Source: an uncultured Bdellovibrionales bacterium (GTDB lineage: Bacteria > Bdellovibrionota > FAC87 > UBA2466). From it: DNA of 64,000 bases. Both the position numbers and the translations under genes were made by a program. Location of the stretch: positions 4,861 through 68,860 of the forward strand of contig CALCZU010000029.1 of assembly GCA_937903155.1 (NCBI GenBank), given 5' to 3'. The notes beneath the pieces are model-generated. The model was given only the letters and a program-made list of their open reading frames with translations, made no database searches and was not told the origin of the DNA. Numbering within the stretch: position 1 is the first letter of the stretch; every line of letters begins with the position of its first letter. Shown in pieces: positions 29,900-40,526 of this stretch.

Positions 29900-30475
29900 T
29901 TACTGAGGCGAGCAACATTCAAGCGAAACAGACTCTTGGTACGTCAGATTCTGATTCAGCGGGTGAGACAGCGTCACAGCCGCAACGAAATCACGAGGAC
30001 GATTACAAAGTGCATTCGTGACCAAGCCGCCCTTAGAATAATTTGCAGTTTGGTAGCAAGAAGTCGGTTTAAAACCGTGCGGACGCAATCTTCTTAAAAC
30101 AAGCGCGACACTTTCTTGATAAGTGTAGTTTTGATGGACCGGGTGCTCAAAAGCAATCCCGGCAATCATTGTTCCCTGCGCGGCGGCTTTACGAGTAACC
30201 AAGTTAGACTTCAATGCCATCGCATCGCTAAAATCGGTATTCGGAATCGTAGGAATTCGAGACGGACAACATCTTACTGAAAAACTTTCTTGCCACGTCA
30301 GGTTTTCGTTTACTGCGTGATAGAAGTTCACTCCGTTCACTTGGTAATTTGCAGGACAAACAGAAGCAATTGCACTGGCTCCCGCTTTCGAAGTCCAAGG
30401 ATTATCAAAACAATTTTCAGCAAACACGCTTGTACTTGCCGCAAGAATTAAAATTTGTATTAATTTGATTTTCAT
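29900..30475 (-). CDS. Secreted protein with three internal HxxNxNLTYQESV repeats
   Basis: ATG at 30475 after GGAGAG. Signal peptide MKIKLIQILILAASTSVFA. The three repeat cores are FYHAVNENLTWQESFS, FEHPVHQNYTYQESVA and LSHPLNQNLTYQESVS. Confidence 0.65.
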   Translation of the reverse strand: MKIKLIQILILAASTSVFAENCFDNPWTSKAGASAIASVCPANYQVNGVNFYHAVNENLTWQESFSVRCCPSRIPTIPNTDFSDAMALKSNLVTRKAAAQGTMIAGIAFEHPVHQNYTYQESVALVLRRLRPHGFKPTSCYQTANYSKGGLVTNALCNRPRDFVAAVTLSHPLNQNLTYQESVSLECCSPQ

Positions 30476-30638
30476 ATTTTTCTCTCCTCTAGATCTCTGG
30501 CCTCTCAAGCCACACGCAAATGTTTACATACGCAAAAAAGTTAAGCAAAAAGCATTTCAAGAATGTGTTAACGAATCGATCTCGCTCTAGCGAAAACAAC
30601 TGCAATTAGATGTAGCAACGACCACTGATTGCTACACC

Positions 30639-31085
30639 CTAAGTTCCTGAGAGCTCCAAAATTCTAGAGTAAGAAAATGGTTTTAGACTGGGGTGCTTCA
30701 TGACAGGCCATTTGCGAATAATTTCTGTAAGACATTGCCGAACCTCCGAACCCAGATCGGGTTTTAATTCTAAAGTCGTGAAGGCCCCACTGCCTTCCCA
30801 CTGCATCGACAATTGCATTCTCAACTCGTGATTTCCCGCGTTTAACAAAAAGCACTTCGACAGTTCCAGGCGACTCGATTCGAAGTGCGAATCGATGACA
30901 CTATAATCGTAAACCTCAGACGCATTATTTTTAAAATTTTTGGAATTTTTTTGCGATTCAATATTTGCAACAGGAGTTGCAGTTCTCTCGGGGACCCTGG
31001 AGACCGGCATAGGTAAAATTTCTTTCGCGATCGGAAAGGTGATCCAAATCACAAAGGCCAAAATAATAAAAACGACCCATCTCAT
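30639..31085 (-). CDS. Membrane-anchored hypothetical protein
   Basis: An N-terminal transmembrane helix. It is co-directional with and downstream of the MBOAT gene. Confidence 0.5.
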   Translation of the reverse strand: MRWVVFIILAFVIWITFPIAKEILPMPVSRVPERTATPVANIESQKNSKNFKNNASEVYDYSVIDSHFESSRLELSKCFLLNAGNHELRMQLSMQWEGSGAFTTLELKPDLGSEVRQCLTEIIRKWPVMKHPSLKPFSYSRILELSGT

Positions 31086-31151
31086 AGACTTCTCTTACAG
31101 ATAGGACAAACGGCGGCAATTAGCTACAAAATAAGGGATTCGAACCGTCTA

Positions 31152-32540
31152 TTAGAAGTCAAAATAGATAAATTCGGCACTCTTTCCGGCGCTTAACGTA
31201 ATACTTAACACCCAAAAAATAAAAATTGCGGCGAGAATCGCGGGCTTCGGAAGCTTTAAAACGAGTAGCCTAAGTCGGCTTTGAGAATCCCACGTATGCA
31301 TCAAGAAAAAGAGTCCGATTAAAGAGATCGCAAATATCTGGTGATTCAAAACATCTGCGAAATCCGACCAGGTTCCTGTAAAGGGAGCACAGAGTAATTG
31401 CAATGCAACCGTCAAATTTTTTGCTCTAAAAAAAACCCAGGCCAATGCGACAAAATGAAACGTAAAGAAAATGCCTAACGCTTTAGAAAGTTTAGACTTT
31501 GAATTTCCAAAAGAAATCGCGTGGCTTAAAGCAATTCCCACTCCGTGAATGATTCCCCAGATCACAAAGGTCCAATTCGCTCCATGCCAAAGCCCCCCAA
31601 GCGCCATCGTCACTAAAATATTTCGAATCTTCTTAAAAGACGATCCTCGGTTTCCTCCCAGAGGAATATAAAGATAATCCCTCAACCAAAATGAGAGCGT
31701 CATATGCCATTTGCGCCAGAACTCCGCGAGAGACTTAGAAAAATAAGGTCTGTCGAAATTAATGGGAAGACGAATCCCTAAAACTAAAGCAAGGCCCAAC
31801 GCCATATCGCTATACCCGCTAAAATCACAATAAATTTGGACCGCGTATCCATAAATCGCAAGAGCTGCATTCGTTCCGGTGACAGGAATGGTTTGACTAA
31901 ATATTGGATTCACAACGGCTGCGACCGTGTCAGCGAAAACCAATTTTTTCACAAGGCCCCAGGAGAAGATAAAAACCCCTCTTAAAAACTTCGCGTTCAT
32001 CGCCGGACGCGGATGACAGAGCTGAGGAATCAGCTGGCTCGGGCGTACGATGGGTCCCGCAATCAAATGAGGAAAAAACAGCACTGAACCCGCAAGCTCA
32101 TCCCATCTTCTTTCGACCTGAAACTTCTGCCTTCTAACATCGATAAGGTAGGCTACGAGCGTAAACGTAATAAACGAAATGCCTAGGGGTAGAGTCACAC
32201 TCATAAGAGGTTCCTCAGGCATAGACCAAGCTGATCGCCAAGCATTGTAGAAAAAATTTGTGTACTTAAAAAATATCAGAGGAAGAAACAAAACGATCAA
32301 AGTCGAAATGAACCGAGCTTTTTTCTGCGGCTCACTAACGGCCCTATGCATTCCCAACGCGCCCGCATAGGCAATGCAGATCAGAACGAGCGGCAACCAG
32401 AGATAAAACGGATTCCAGTAACCGTAGAAAATCAAACTTCCCGCGATAATGAGAAGGAGTCGAAATTTCGCGGGCAGAAAAAGATGGAAGAAAAAGTAAG
32501 GAAGAAAAAAGAGAATGAAAACAGGTGAACTAAAGAGCAT
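31152..32540 (-). CDS. MBOAT family membrane O-acyltransferase (AlgI/DltB/PatA-like)
   Basis: FWRKWHMTLSFWLRDYLYIPLGGNR carries the invariant His. Confidence 0.85.
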   Translation of the reverse strand: MLFSSPVFILFFLPYFFFHLFLPAKFRLLLIIAGSLIFYGYWNPFYLWLPLVLICIAYAGALGMHRAVSEPQKKARFISTLIVLFLPLIFFKYTNFFYNAWRSAWSMPEEPLMSVTLPLGISFITFTLVAYLIDVRRQKFQVERRWDELAGSVLFFPHLIAGPIVRPSQLIPQLCHPRPAMNAKFLRGVFIFSWGLVKKLVFADTVAAVVNPIFSQTIPVTGTNAALAIYGYAVQIYCDFSGYSDMALGLALVLGIRLPINFDRPYFSKSLAEFWRKWHMTLSFWLRDYLYIPLGGNRGSSFKKIRNILVTMALGGLWHGANWTFVIWGIIHGVGIALSHAISFGNSKSKLSKALGIFFTFHFVALAWVFFRAKNLTVALQLLCAPFTGTWSDFADVLNHQIFAISLIGLFFLMHTWDSQSRLRLLVLKLPKPAILAAIFIFWVLSITLSAGKSAEFIYFDF

Positions 32541-32546
32541 AGGCCG

Positions 32547-33539
32547 TTACTTGGAAGAAATCGCTCGATTTACAATCGGGTTATTGTGCATCACCGGAAA
32601 TAAAGCTTCGGCCATTTTACGATGTCCTAAAGCATTTGGATGCGGGTCATTGGGTAAAGACCAAATCTCGGAGCTCGGAATGCCTCGAAGTGCCGGAAGA
32701 AGGTCGACATACTCATACCCTTCTCGCTCAGCCACTTTTTTCATTTCTTCATGAATCGAAGCGAAGGGATAATTTATAAGGTCGTGAACATCTGGCGTCA
32801 TTGCCAGATAGAGTTTAATCTTTTTCTCCCGAGCATATCTTGCAAGTCTCGCGAGAGCTTTTTCCATCTCAACTCGTCCCGGTGCGTTTGGTTCATACAC
32901 TTTACGATAGTGTTCTTCCAAACCGCCGGTTTTTTGTTTCATTTGGTTGAGCGCCATCCACAAAGTAACCGCGACTTGGCTATTTTTTAAAAACCAGTTT
33001 CCTCCGCCGGCTTCGAGTGTCTCTGCATCTCTTAGAAAATAGTGCACCAAAATATCAGTGGGATGCAGATCTTCTAATCGAGTAAGAAAACGTTCGACAT
33101 AGCGGGCGCTGTTGTAATTCCCAATTCCTGCATTTAAAAATTCGACTTCTTCTCCTGCGGATTTTAATTTATTTTCGAGTAAAGACGTCATTGTCTCTTC
33201 CTCTTTCACCCCCCAACCGAAGGTAATCGAGCTTCCTAATGCCAGAATTCTCCGCGGTGCCGGGGTTTGCGAAACAGGTCCTCCCCTTAATCCCCACTCG
33301 TTCGTCCGGAGTAAAACAGATTGCAGCGTCGCTTGCTGATTTTTTAGGTGTTCATGCCCGAGTAAGGGATTCTCACTTGGAGTTTTCAGTTCTTTTGCAT
33401 AACGCCACATCTCAATATCGTAATTCTTCATCGACGCGTTCTTCATTCGAAGAACGAACTCGGGAAAAAGAAGTGCCACACCGACACACGCAAATGTCAA
33501 AAGAGTACTGAAAACTACTTTTTTAATATGGGTTGTCAT
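32547..33539 (-). CDS. SGNH/GDSL hydrolase (AlgJ/PatB-like)
   Basis: N-terminal transmembrane helix. Block I LALGSSITFGWG and block V DPHPNALGH. Confidence 0.7.
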   Translation of the reverse strand: MTTHIKKVVFSTLLTFACVGVALLFPEFVLRMKNASMKNYDIEMWRYAKELKTPSENPLLGHEHLKNQQATLQSVLLRTNEWGLRGGPVSQTPAPRRILALGSSITFGWGVKEEETMTSLLENKLKSAGEEVEFLNAGIGNYNSARYVERFLTRLEDLHPTDILVHYFLRDAETLEAGGGNWFLKNSQVAVTLWMALNQMKQKTGGLEEHYRKVYEPNAPGRVEMEKALARLARYAREKKIKLYLAMTPDVHDLINYPFASIHEEMKKVAEREGYEYVDLLPALRGIPSSEIWSLPNDPHPNALGHRKMAEALFPVMHNNPIVNRAISSK

Positions 33540-33609
33540 AATTTTTTGGGAGGTTAGAAAGCTAGCTTTATTTTAGCATGTCCGTACTCTCATTGCGAGA
33601 TTCGACGAT

Positions 33610-34716
33610 TCATTTTTTCGTGAGATACTGACGAATCTGCTCGGCGACAAATTCATTGCCGGCGGCTGTCATATTGCCATGGCCCACTTTTTCGCCAAAG
33701 TTTCGATAGCTAAAATAAAACGTGTCATAGACGAGAAGATCTTTGGATTTTAACTCTAGTAAAGAAGGCGTTAAATCGAGGACTTCCAACGAATTCTCTC
33801 GGGCACAACGATTGACCTTCTCTAGCGCATCGATATTCCCTGCCTCTAGTTCAAAAAAAGGCTGAGAAACGACAACCGTCCGGATATTTTTAGAGCGACT
33901 CAAATCCGAAAGTAGCTTCATGATGTGACAAGAAATATCCGCATCGTTTTCTTCGGTACTCGACGGTAAGCGGTCTGCGAGCTTTACACTCCACCAGTAA
34001 TCAGGAGCCATTTTAGAAAAGAGGAACGAAAGGAAAGTGCTTCGTCCCACCACCTTGTGAACAAGAGGAAGCTCAAGCTCGTGCACGCCGGGCGATTTGG
34101 CGATGGGGACCCCTTTTAACACAAATTCACCGTTTTCTTTTTCAAAATACGGCTTTTTATCGTCTGAAAAATATCCCGGATAGTTTTTTTGTACCGTTCG
34201 CGAGATATCGTACCCGGTGTAACCAAACAGCAACGTAGTGGGTTTATAAATCTCAACTAACTGTTTTGCCCGGAGAAAAGTTTGATCCATTCCATAAGCG
34301 CACACGGCCCCATTGATCACTCGCTCCCCTATTTTGCTCTCGAGCGCACTAGCCCAGGTTTCTTCGTTAGAAACTTGATCCCCGAATGCAAAAGAGTCAC
34401 CCACGACTAAGAACGGCGTCAGTCCTTCTTTCACGGGGTTTGTGGGGGAGTTTGCGCGAATTCCGTGATCAAGCGTAGAGACTCGAGTTCGGTAATCATT
34501 CCACCGCTCTTTTACATTGGGTTCGGATACCCAACCTAAGTTCTCATCAAACGTAAAAAGGCAGCTTGCAGTATTCGATTGATGATATTTAACAAAGTAA
34601 TTGTCGAAATTAGTCAGTTCGTGTCTTCTAAAACGCAGAAGGATTTCGCCCGAAATTACCACGGCGAAAACCGTGAAGCCTATCCATACAGACGTCACAA
34701 AAACTTTTCTTTTCAT
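33610..34716 (-). CDS. SGNH-like hydrolase, second copy
   Basis: N-terminal transmembrane helix. LVVGDSFAFGDQ and a C-terminal GHGNMTAAG. Confidence 0.6.
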   Translation of the reverse strand: MKRKVFVTSVWIGFTVFAVVISGEILLRFRRHELTNFDNYFVKYHQSNTASCLFTFDENLGWVSEPNVKERWNDYRTRVSTLDHGIRANSPTNPVKEGLTPFLVVGDSFAFGDQVSNEETWASALESKIGERVINGAVCAYGMDQTFLRAKQLVEIYKPTTLLFGYTGYDISRTVQKNYPGYFSDDKKPYFEKENGEFVLKGVPIAKSPGVHELELPLVHKVVGRSTFLSFLFSKMAPDYWWSVKLADRLPSSTEENDADISCHIMKLLSDLSRSKNIRTVVVSQPFFELEAGNIDALEKVNRCARENSLEVLDLTPSLLELKSKDLLVYDTFYFSYRNFGEKVGHGNMTAAGNEFVAEQIRQYLTKK

Positions 34717-34877
34717 TTCCGAAGTCTCTCCGATTGAGGTAGAAAAAATGATACTCCGCCTAATACTTATTATAGCCTGTTATTACAGATCTTTCTGTGT
34801 TCAGTCTGTCAGCTTTAGAAACAACGCGTTAAACCAACCCTCTTGAATCATAACGCGATCCAATTTATTTTTATCCC

Positions 34878-35081
34878 ATGAAAAAATTTCTGCTTTTAAA
34901 TCTCTGTTTCTTTTCTCTTCTTAATTTCGCCGCAATAGAAAAATCGGGGACCGCCGGAAATGAAATCAAAACCGGCTTCTTAAAAATGCTTCACGGCGCA
35001 TCGCGAGGAGTAAAAAAAGCCGCCGACAAAGTGGAAAGTAAGCTCGATCAAAAAGTAAAAAAACACGCGAAAAAAGGCTAA
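34878..35081 (+). CDS. Small Lys-rich secreted protein
   Basis: A 67-aa ORF with signal peptide MKKFLLLNLCFFSLLNFAA. Confidence 0.4.
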   Translation: MKKFLLLNLCFFSLLNFAAIEKSGTAGNEIKTGFLKMLHGASRGVKKAADKVESKLDQKVKKHAKKG

Positions 35082-35087
35082 AGACAC

Positions 35088-35849
35088 TTAACGGCTCTTC
35101 AAGATAAAATCCGCCATGATCGGCAAGTGATCCGAAAGACGCGTCCAAGGCTTCCCCTTTAAACAAGTCGCGGATTTAAATTCAATTTTCTTGAAATAAA
35201 TTCTGTCTAAATTCAAAATCGGAAATTTACTCGGAAATGTTTTCGCGTATTTTTCTTGCTGACTTAAAAAAACTTCTTCCAAATGCAATTTGCTCGAAAA
35301 CGTCTCCGTCACTTTTTTACGCCAGTCATTGAAATCGCCCGCGATGATTAGAGGAATTTTGTGCGAGACGGTTTCGTGGACGTAATTGCACAGACGATTG
35401 ACTTGGAGCTCGCGCTCAAACTGAAGTAAACCCAAATGCGCATTTAAAACATGAATTTCAATAAAACCATCTTCGTGAGGCACCGCGATTCGCCCGTGGA
35501 CGACTCCGCGAGTTTTTAGTTTTCCCACCGTAATATTTTCATTTTTGTATTCGACAAAAGGATACTTCGATAAAATCGCATTTCCGTGGTGGTGCTTCGA
35601 AAAAATAACATTTTTGAAGAACGCGGAATGCGGCCACATCTCATCTGCCAAAGCCTCGAGCTGCCCGCTGACTTCCTCTGGCCAAAGTTTAGATTTTTTT
35701 TGGTACTCTGAGCCTGCGACTTCCTGTAAAAAAACGACATCGGGTTGCAACGAGAGCAATGCCTTTTTCAAAAGACTGATCTCGTGGCCGTGTCTTTTAA
35801 CCGTAATGCCTTGATGAATATTGTAGGTGACTACTCGGAGCGATGTCAT
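35088..35849 (-). CDS. Endonuclease/exonuclease/phosphatase (EEP) family protein
   Basis: VVTYNIHQG...SDHLPIMADF. Confidence 0.8.
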   Translation of the reverse strand: MTSLRVVTYNIHQGITVKRHGHEISLLKKALLSLQPDVVFLQEVAGSEYQKKSKLWPEEVSGQLEALADEMWPHSAFFKNVIFSKHHHGNAILSKYPFVEYKNENITVGKLKTRGVVHGRIAVPHEDGFIEIHVLNAHLGLLQFERELQVNRLCNYVHETVSHKIPLIIAGDFNDWRKKVTETFSSKLHLEEVFLSQQEKYAKTFPSKFPILNLDRIYFKKIEFKSATCLKGKPWTRLSDHLPIMADFILKSR

Positions 35850-37039
35850 AGCGCCCTATTATACAACGCGGAATACTTTTGAACACCTTGTTCTATCGAA
35901 AAATACTTTCGAGCCGTCTCGATACACCGCTGGGCTAACAATGGATCGAGAGAGAGATCGAGCCAGAGTTTGACAGTCTCATCTATATCCTTCTCCGAAA
36001 ACGATGGGGACAGGACGCCCACTCGATTTTCGCCAATAAGAAGGTCAGAATCTCCCACGCCAAGGTTGGTCACAACGGAAACGCCACATCCCAAAACTTC
36101 GGCAAACTTCGTGGGACTACTCGCTTGCTTTGAAAAACTCGGACGAATGAAATAGACATTCACCTGCATTTGGTTAATCCAGTAGGGCATTTCATCCGAA
36201 TCCGCACTCACTAAAAGATAGTCTGACGGTTCAATACCGAAATCTTTAAGGTGATTTTTAATCTTTTCGTGTTCTCCCCGGTTTAAAATTAAAAAAAGAG
36301 GCGCCGGAGACGGTTTTAATTTTTGAAAAGCCAAAAACGCTCGGATACTTGCTGGAAAATCATACCAAAGTCCCACACTGCCCGAGTACCCGACGACAAA
36401 CCGATCCGAAAACTTCTTCTCAACTTCCAAAGGTTTAAATTTCCCAAGATCCGCACATGTGGGAATCACTTCGATCTCGTCTGCCGTTTTATTCGAGTTA
36501 CGGAAACTTAAAACCACGTCTTTTCCTTTTTGGGTCAATGAAACGATTGCCGTCGCGTCTTTTATAAAACGTTTTTCGAGCCATTTTGTGACACGATAAA
36601 TCTTCGATTTTTTTCGCCACAGCCCACCTTCAATTCTTTCGTCCGCCCAAAATCCGCGCATATCAAAAAGAAGTCGCGTTCTGAAAACCATTTTTACGAA
36701 CCATCCCATAAACATCGCCACATAGCTACGTGCGTGAATCAAACGAATCCCGTTAAAAAGAACGAGTAGAAATGAAACGACGACTCCTTGGAAAATATCG
36801 AAAGCGGTTGCGGGAATGGTCGGACTTTTATGATAGGTCAAAGGGATCCAAAAAATCCCGCAGTCTCGGGCCTGCTTCCTCAGAGATTGAAAATTCTCAG
36901 TTCCCTTCTGATCCTTTTTCTCAAAACTCACGAGAAAAATTTTGAATTCTCGTGAAAGCGACTTTAAATAGACGAACACCTGAGAGTAGCCCAAAGCATC
37001 GGTCATTCCGTCATAACTGAGGTAAAGCACTTTTTTCAT
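35846..37039 (-). CDS. Glycosyltransferase family 4 (group 1)
   Basis: GT-B C-terminal EX7E region KFAEVLGCGVSVV. ATGA overlap with the EEP gene. Confidence 0.75.
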   Translation of the reverse strand: MKKVLYLSYDGMTDALGYSQVFVYLKSLSREFKIFLVSFEKKDQKGTENFQSLRKQARDCGIFWIPLTYHKSPTIPATAFDIFQGVVVSFLLVLFNGIRLIHARSYVAMFMGWFVKMVFRTRLLFDMRGFWADERIEGGLWRKKSKIYRVTKWLEKRFIKDATAIVSLTQKGKDVVLSFRNSNKTADEIEVIPTCADLGKFKPLEVEKKFSDRFVVGYSGSVGLWYDFPASIRAFLAFQKLKPSPAPLFLILNRGEHEKIKNHLKDFGIEPSDYLLVSADSDEMPYWINQMQVNVYFIRPSFSKQASSPTKFAEVLGCGVSVVTNLGVGDSDLLIGENRVGVLSPSFSEKDIDETVKLWLDLSLDPLLAQRCIETARKYFSIEQGVQKYSALYNRAL

Positions 37040-37042
37040 CGG

Positions 37043-37768
37043 TTAATCTTCAAACCGAAAACGCAGAAGCGTCCATACTGCGGTAAAACCATCTGACATC
37101 TTAATTTTTTTTCCTTCTTCTTTCGAACGCGGAGAATACTGGATGGGCACTTCGCGAATTTCATATCCTTGTTTTAAAAGCTTTGCGGTCAATTCATGAT
37201 CCGTTTCAAATCCCGCCGTTTTCACTTTCAAACCTCTTAAAAATTCCATCGGATAAATCTTATAGGCTGTCAGCGTATCGGTCAGCCAATTTCCATAAAG
37301 CATAAAAGTCAAAGAAGAGAGCGCCACTCCCGCCCCGTAAGGGCCAAGACCTTGTTCCGGATGCTTCCCGGGTAAAATAAACGTCTTTTGCTTTTGGTAA
37401 CGGCCCAGCGTACGGCTTCCGTAGACCGCTAACTTTTTTTTGAAATCGAGAGATCTCAACATCGTAAGATAATCGTTGGGATCGTATTCGAGATCTGCAT
37501 CTTGGACCAAAACATAATCGCCCGTCGCTTCCTCAATTCCTCTTTGAACCGCACGGCCTTTTCCTTGATTCGGAACTTGCTGAAAAGTTCGGACGTCCTG
37601 AAACCGACTCGCCTCTCGAAAAGTCGCGTCTTTCGACCCGTCGTCGACGAGAATCACTTCTTTGCTAAAGCCTAAAGTCTCTGTCGGAACCGACAAAACC
37701 CTTTCAAGAAGTTTTGCGATGTACTTTTCTTCGTTATACGCAGGGATGACGATCGAAAGCTTCTTCAT
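37043..37768 (-). CDS. GT2 glycosyltransferase (Dpm1-like)
   Basis: Start MKKLSIVIPAYNEE at 37768. DDGSKD and QDADLEYD motifs. ATGA overlap with the upstream stop. Confidence 0.75.
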   Translation of the reverse strand: MKKLSIVIPAYNEEKYIAKLLERVLSVPTETLGFSKEVILVDDGSKDATFREASRFQDVRTFQQVPNQGKGRAVQRGIEEATGDYVLVQDADLEYDPNDYLTMLRSLDFKKKLAVYGSRTLGRYQKQKTFILPGKHPEQGLGPYGAGVALSSLTFMLYGNWLTDTLTAYKIYPMEFLRGLKVKTAGFETDHELTAKLLKQGYEIREVPIQYSPRSKEEGKKIKMSDGFTAVWTLLRFRFED

Positions 37769-39741
37769 GAATGGCTCCAGCGTGTGGAAACCAATGTCCA
37801 TAAAGATTGAATTCCATCCCAGAACGTCGACTTTTTACCCGCTTTTTTAGTTCTCGGGGCGTATTCCACCGGAAGTTCCAAAATAAACACTTTTTTCTTC
37901 GCAAGTTTGGCAATAATTTCGGTCTCGAGATTCATTCCGCTACTTTTTAAAGCCAGCGACGTTAAAAGCCGCCCTTCAAACGCTTTGATCCCTGTCAGTG
38001 GGTCCGAAACGAAACGATTGTAAAGGACTTGCGAAATCAGACTTAAAATCATCCCGCCGTATTTTCCTACGATAAACCCAAAATAATTATCTCGATAAAT
38101 CTCTTTAATCCGATCATTGAGGTCGATGCACTTGATGGCGCGACTTCCAAAGACGACCTTAAATTCATTCTGAACAATCGCCATCACGACTTTGGGAAGG
38201 TCCGAAACAGAGTACTCTCCATCGGCGTGAAAAAAGACGATGATATTGCCAAGCGCTTGTTCAATCCCGTAGCGAAGAACGTCACCCCTTCCCGAACCTC
38301 TCGGGAGTTCAAAGACACGAATATTGCTTTCGTTTTTCGCGTAGAGCAAAGTCAAGTCAGTCGAGCCCCCATCGACAAAGATAATTTCTTTTGCGAGGCC
38401 CAAAGTCTGAAAATTGAGAAGAACAAGATCATGTAAGACTCTTCTCACCGTTTTCTCTTCGTTGAGTGCCGGAACGATGATCGAGACCATGTAGGGCATG
38501 GCTTTTAGATTCGTCTGAACTTTTTGGTTGGCTATCGATAAAAGCTCATCGACGACTTTGCCACCCAAATGCACTCCCGGGTTTGACTCCCAATTGATTC
38601 CGACATTTTTCTCGTCTTTGAGTAAATCAGATGAGGCCGTGATATAGACTTGGTCCGAATCACCTTCAATTTTTTGAAAAAAACTTTTTGTGATGAGATC
38701 ATTTAATTTAAAAGCGGTTCTACCTTTGCGATTCACATAGTAGACAAGCTTTTGGGTTAATGACTCCACCGTTTCACCCTGAATTTCAAAATCTTTGCGG
38801 ATATTGGCGACAAAAACTTTTTCAGCTACCGTATTAGACGCAATCGATTCCGAGATTTTCTCAGTGAGATATGAAGGAAAAAGCGAAGAGTGTTGAGTCC
38901 CCGGTCCGTAGATAATGAGTTTCGCATCTTTTAAGGCCTGCTCAGCGCGAGGATTGATTTCGACCCGTTTCTCAAGCGTTCGCAACGCAACGGCTTTTTC
39001 TTCAATCGAGAGTTTTTTAATTTGCGAAAGCGTTTCCGTAGATAAGTAGTTTTCGAGCAGGAAAATCTCTTTCACTCGGCTATTGCCTTGTTCACCGACT
39101 AAAGCCGCTTCGTCTTCAAGAATACGGCCATCCTCTTTTAGACCGACCAGGACTCGATTACTGCCATCGGTAATATTTAAGACTTCCGTATCGATTCGAC
39201 AAAGTTTTGAGAAACGCTCGACCGCGCGATTAAAATCTCGATCTTTTAAATACGCTCCTGCGAACGCGAGATTTCCTAATGAGCAATCCGCGTAGTTCAA
39301 AACACCTCGCGAGCTTTTTTTGTACTCCAAGAAACTTTTCAATAGATCGCCGAGCTCCCCTGCACTTTCGACACTGAGATTTAAATAGTGTTCTCGTAGG
39401 AATTTAAGTTCGGGAATTTCACCGCGTTCAAGATTAAGAAGATCTTTCTCCGCCTTTTCGTTCGAAATATCTTTAGGGAAGCGAAACTCAACCAGTTCGT
39501 GAAGGCTTGAAAAAGCCTTTTCATTTTTGGCAATGAGGCGGGAACAATTTTTTCGAACATCGGAAGGCCCGAGCATGCCTGGGATAAAACGCCGTAACAT
39601 TCCCGTCGATAAGCCGTCATCATAAGTATTGACGAGCAAGGTCAGCTGAATCTGTGGATGCTTGGAGAGAACCTCGATAATCGTCCCGGCTCCCCGGCCT
39701 CCACAAAAAAGAACGACATTGAGTTTATTTTGCGTGTTCAT
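37765..39741 (-). CDS. YvcK/CofD-like (UPF0052) domain fused to GT2 glycosyltransferase
   Basis: N-terminal VVLFCGGRGAGT ... VNTYDDGLSTGMLRR matches YvcK ADDGGSSGRLR. C-terminal IIVPALNEE, FVDGGSTD and FFHADGE. Confidence 0.75.
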   Translation of the reverse strand: MNTQNKLNVVLFCGGRGAGTIIEVLSKHPQIQLTLLVNTYDDGLSTGMLRRFIPGMLGPSDVRKNCSRLIAKNEKAFSSLHELVEFRFPKDISNEKAEKDLLNLERGEIPELKFLREHYLNLSVESAGELGDLLKSFLEYKKSSRGVLNYADCSLGNLAFAGAYLKDRDFNRAVERFSKLCRIDTEVLNITDGSNRVLVGLKEDGRILEDEAALVGEQGNSRVKEIFLLENYLSTETLSQIKKLSIEEKAVALRTLEKRVEINPRAEQALKDAKLIIYGPGTQHSSLFPSYLTEKISESIASNTVAEKVFVANIRKDFEIQGETVESLTQKLVYYVNRKGRTAFKLNDLITKSFFQKIEGDSDQVYITASSDLLKDEKNVGINWESNPGVHLGGKVVDELLSIANQKVQTNLKAMPYMVSIIVPALNEEKTVRRVLHDLVLLNFQTLGLAKEIIFVDGGSTDLTLLYAKNESNIRVFELPRGSGRGDVLRYGIEQALGNIIVFFHADGEYSVSDLPKVVMAIVQNEFKVVFGSRAIKCIDLNDRIKEIYRDNYFGFIVGKYGGMILSLISQVLYNRFVSDPLTGIKAFEGRLLTSLALKSSGMNLETEIIAKLAKKKVFILELPVEYAPRTKKAGKKSTFWDGIQSLWTLVSTRWSHS

Positions 39742-40526
39742 CGTTCACTCAAAATTCTTTCGGCCTGTTTTGCATCCTCTAACGTATTGACGCCGAGAGT
39801 TTCTTCTTCTGAATCCAAACGAAGAGTCAGAACTTGATTCATTTTGTCATTAAACTTGGGAAGCAGCGGCAATAAATTATATTCTTCCGTATTCTTCCCA
39901 AGACTTTTTTCAGTTTTTAAGACGTTAAATAGAAATTCTGACTCAAAGCAGAACACGCCGCAATCATTTTCTCCAATTTCTTCGTGAATTTCGCCTTCGC
40001 GCTTTTGTCGAACTCGGATGAGTTTTCCGGCGTCGTCTCTGTCAAAACAGATATAGGGATTTTTTTTCAGATAAGAAGGGAGAGTCAATTTTGCTTTGTG
40101 TTTTTCCAAAAGGCTCTCGCAAAAAATCAAAGTGCTCGAACGGATGGTCACCTGATCTCCCCAAACGACCAAGGAATGAGGAGTATGGACCTTCGACTCG
40201 GCCGTCAAAACGGCGTCCGCCATCCCGCGCGGATAGGTTTGAACCACGTAGTCCACAAAATTTTGCTTTTTTAAACGCACGACTTCAGATTCGATTTCTT
40301 TCAGTCCATTCGGTGAAACGACCAGCACCGTTTTCGCGCAGCAATCTTCTAAAGTCGTCAACAGCCAATCTAAAATACTTCTGCCTAAGATGGGGTAAAG
40401 CGCTTTCGGTTTTGAATAATTTAAGCGCGTTCCCATTCCCGCCATTGGAACAATAGCCGTCCAATCCCGCTTTTGAATGGAATGTTTTTTCCCACGCAAT
40501 TCATTTAAGTTGAAAATTGGATTCAT
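39738..40526 (-). CDS. Sugar-phosphate nucleotidyltransferase
   Basis: AIVPMAGMGTRL. ATGA overlap. Confidence 0.7.
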   Translation of the reverse strand: MNPIFNLNELRGKKHSIQKRDWTAIVPMAGMGTRLNYSKPKALYPILGRSILDWLLTTLEDCCAKTVLVVSPNGLKEIESEVVRLKKQNFVDYVVQTYPRGMADAVLTAESKVHTPHSLVVWGDQVTIRSSTLIFCESLLEKHKAKLTLPSYLKKNPYICFDRDDAGKLIRVRQKREGEIHEEIGENDCGVFCFESEFLFNVLKTEKSLGKNTEEYNLLPLLPKFNDKMNQVLTLRLDSEEETLGVNTLEDAKQAERILSER

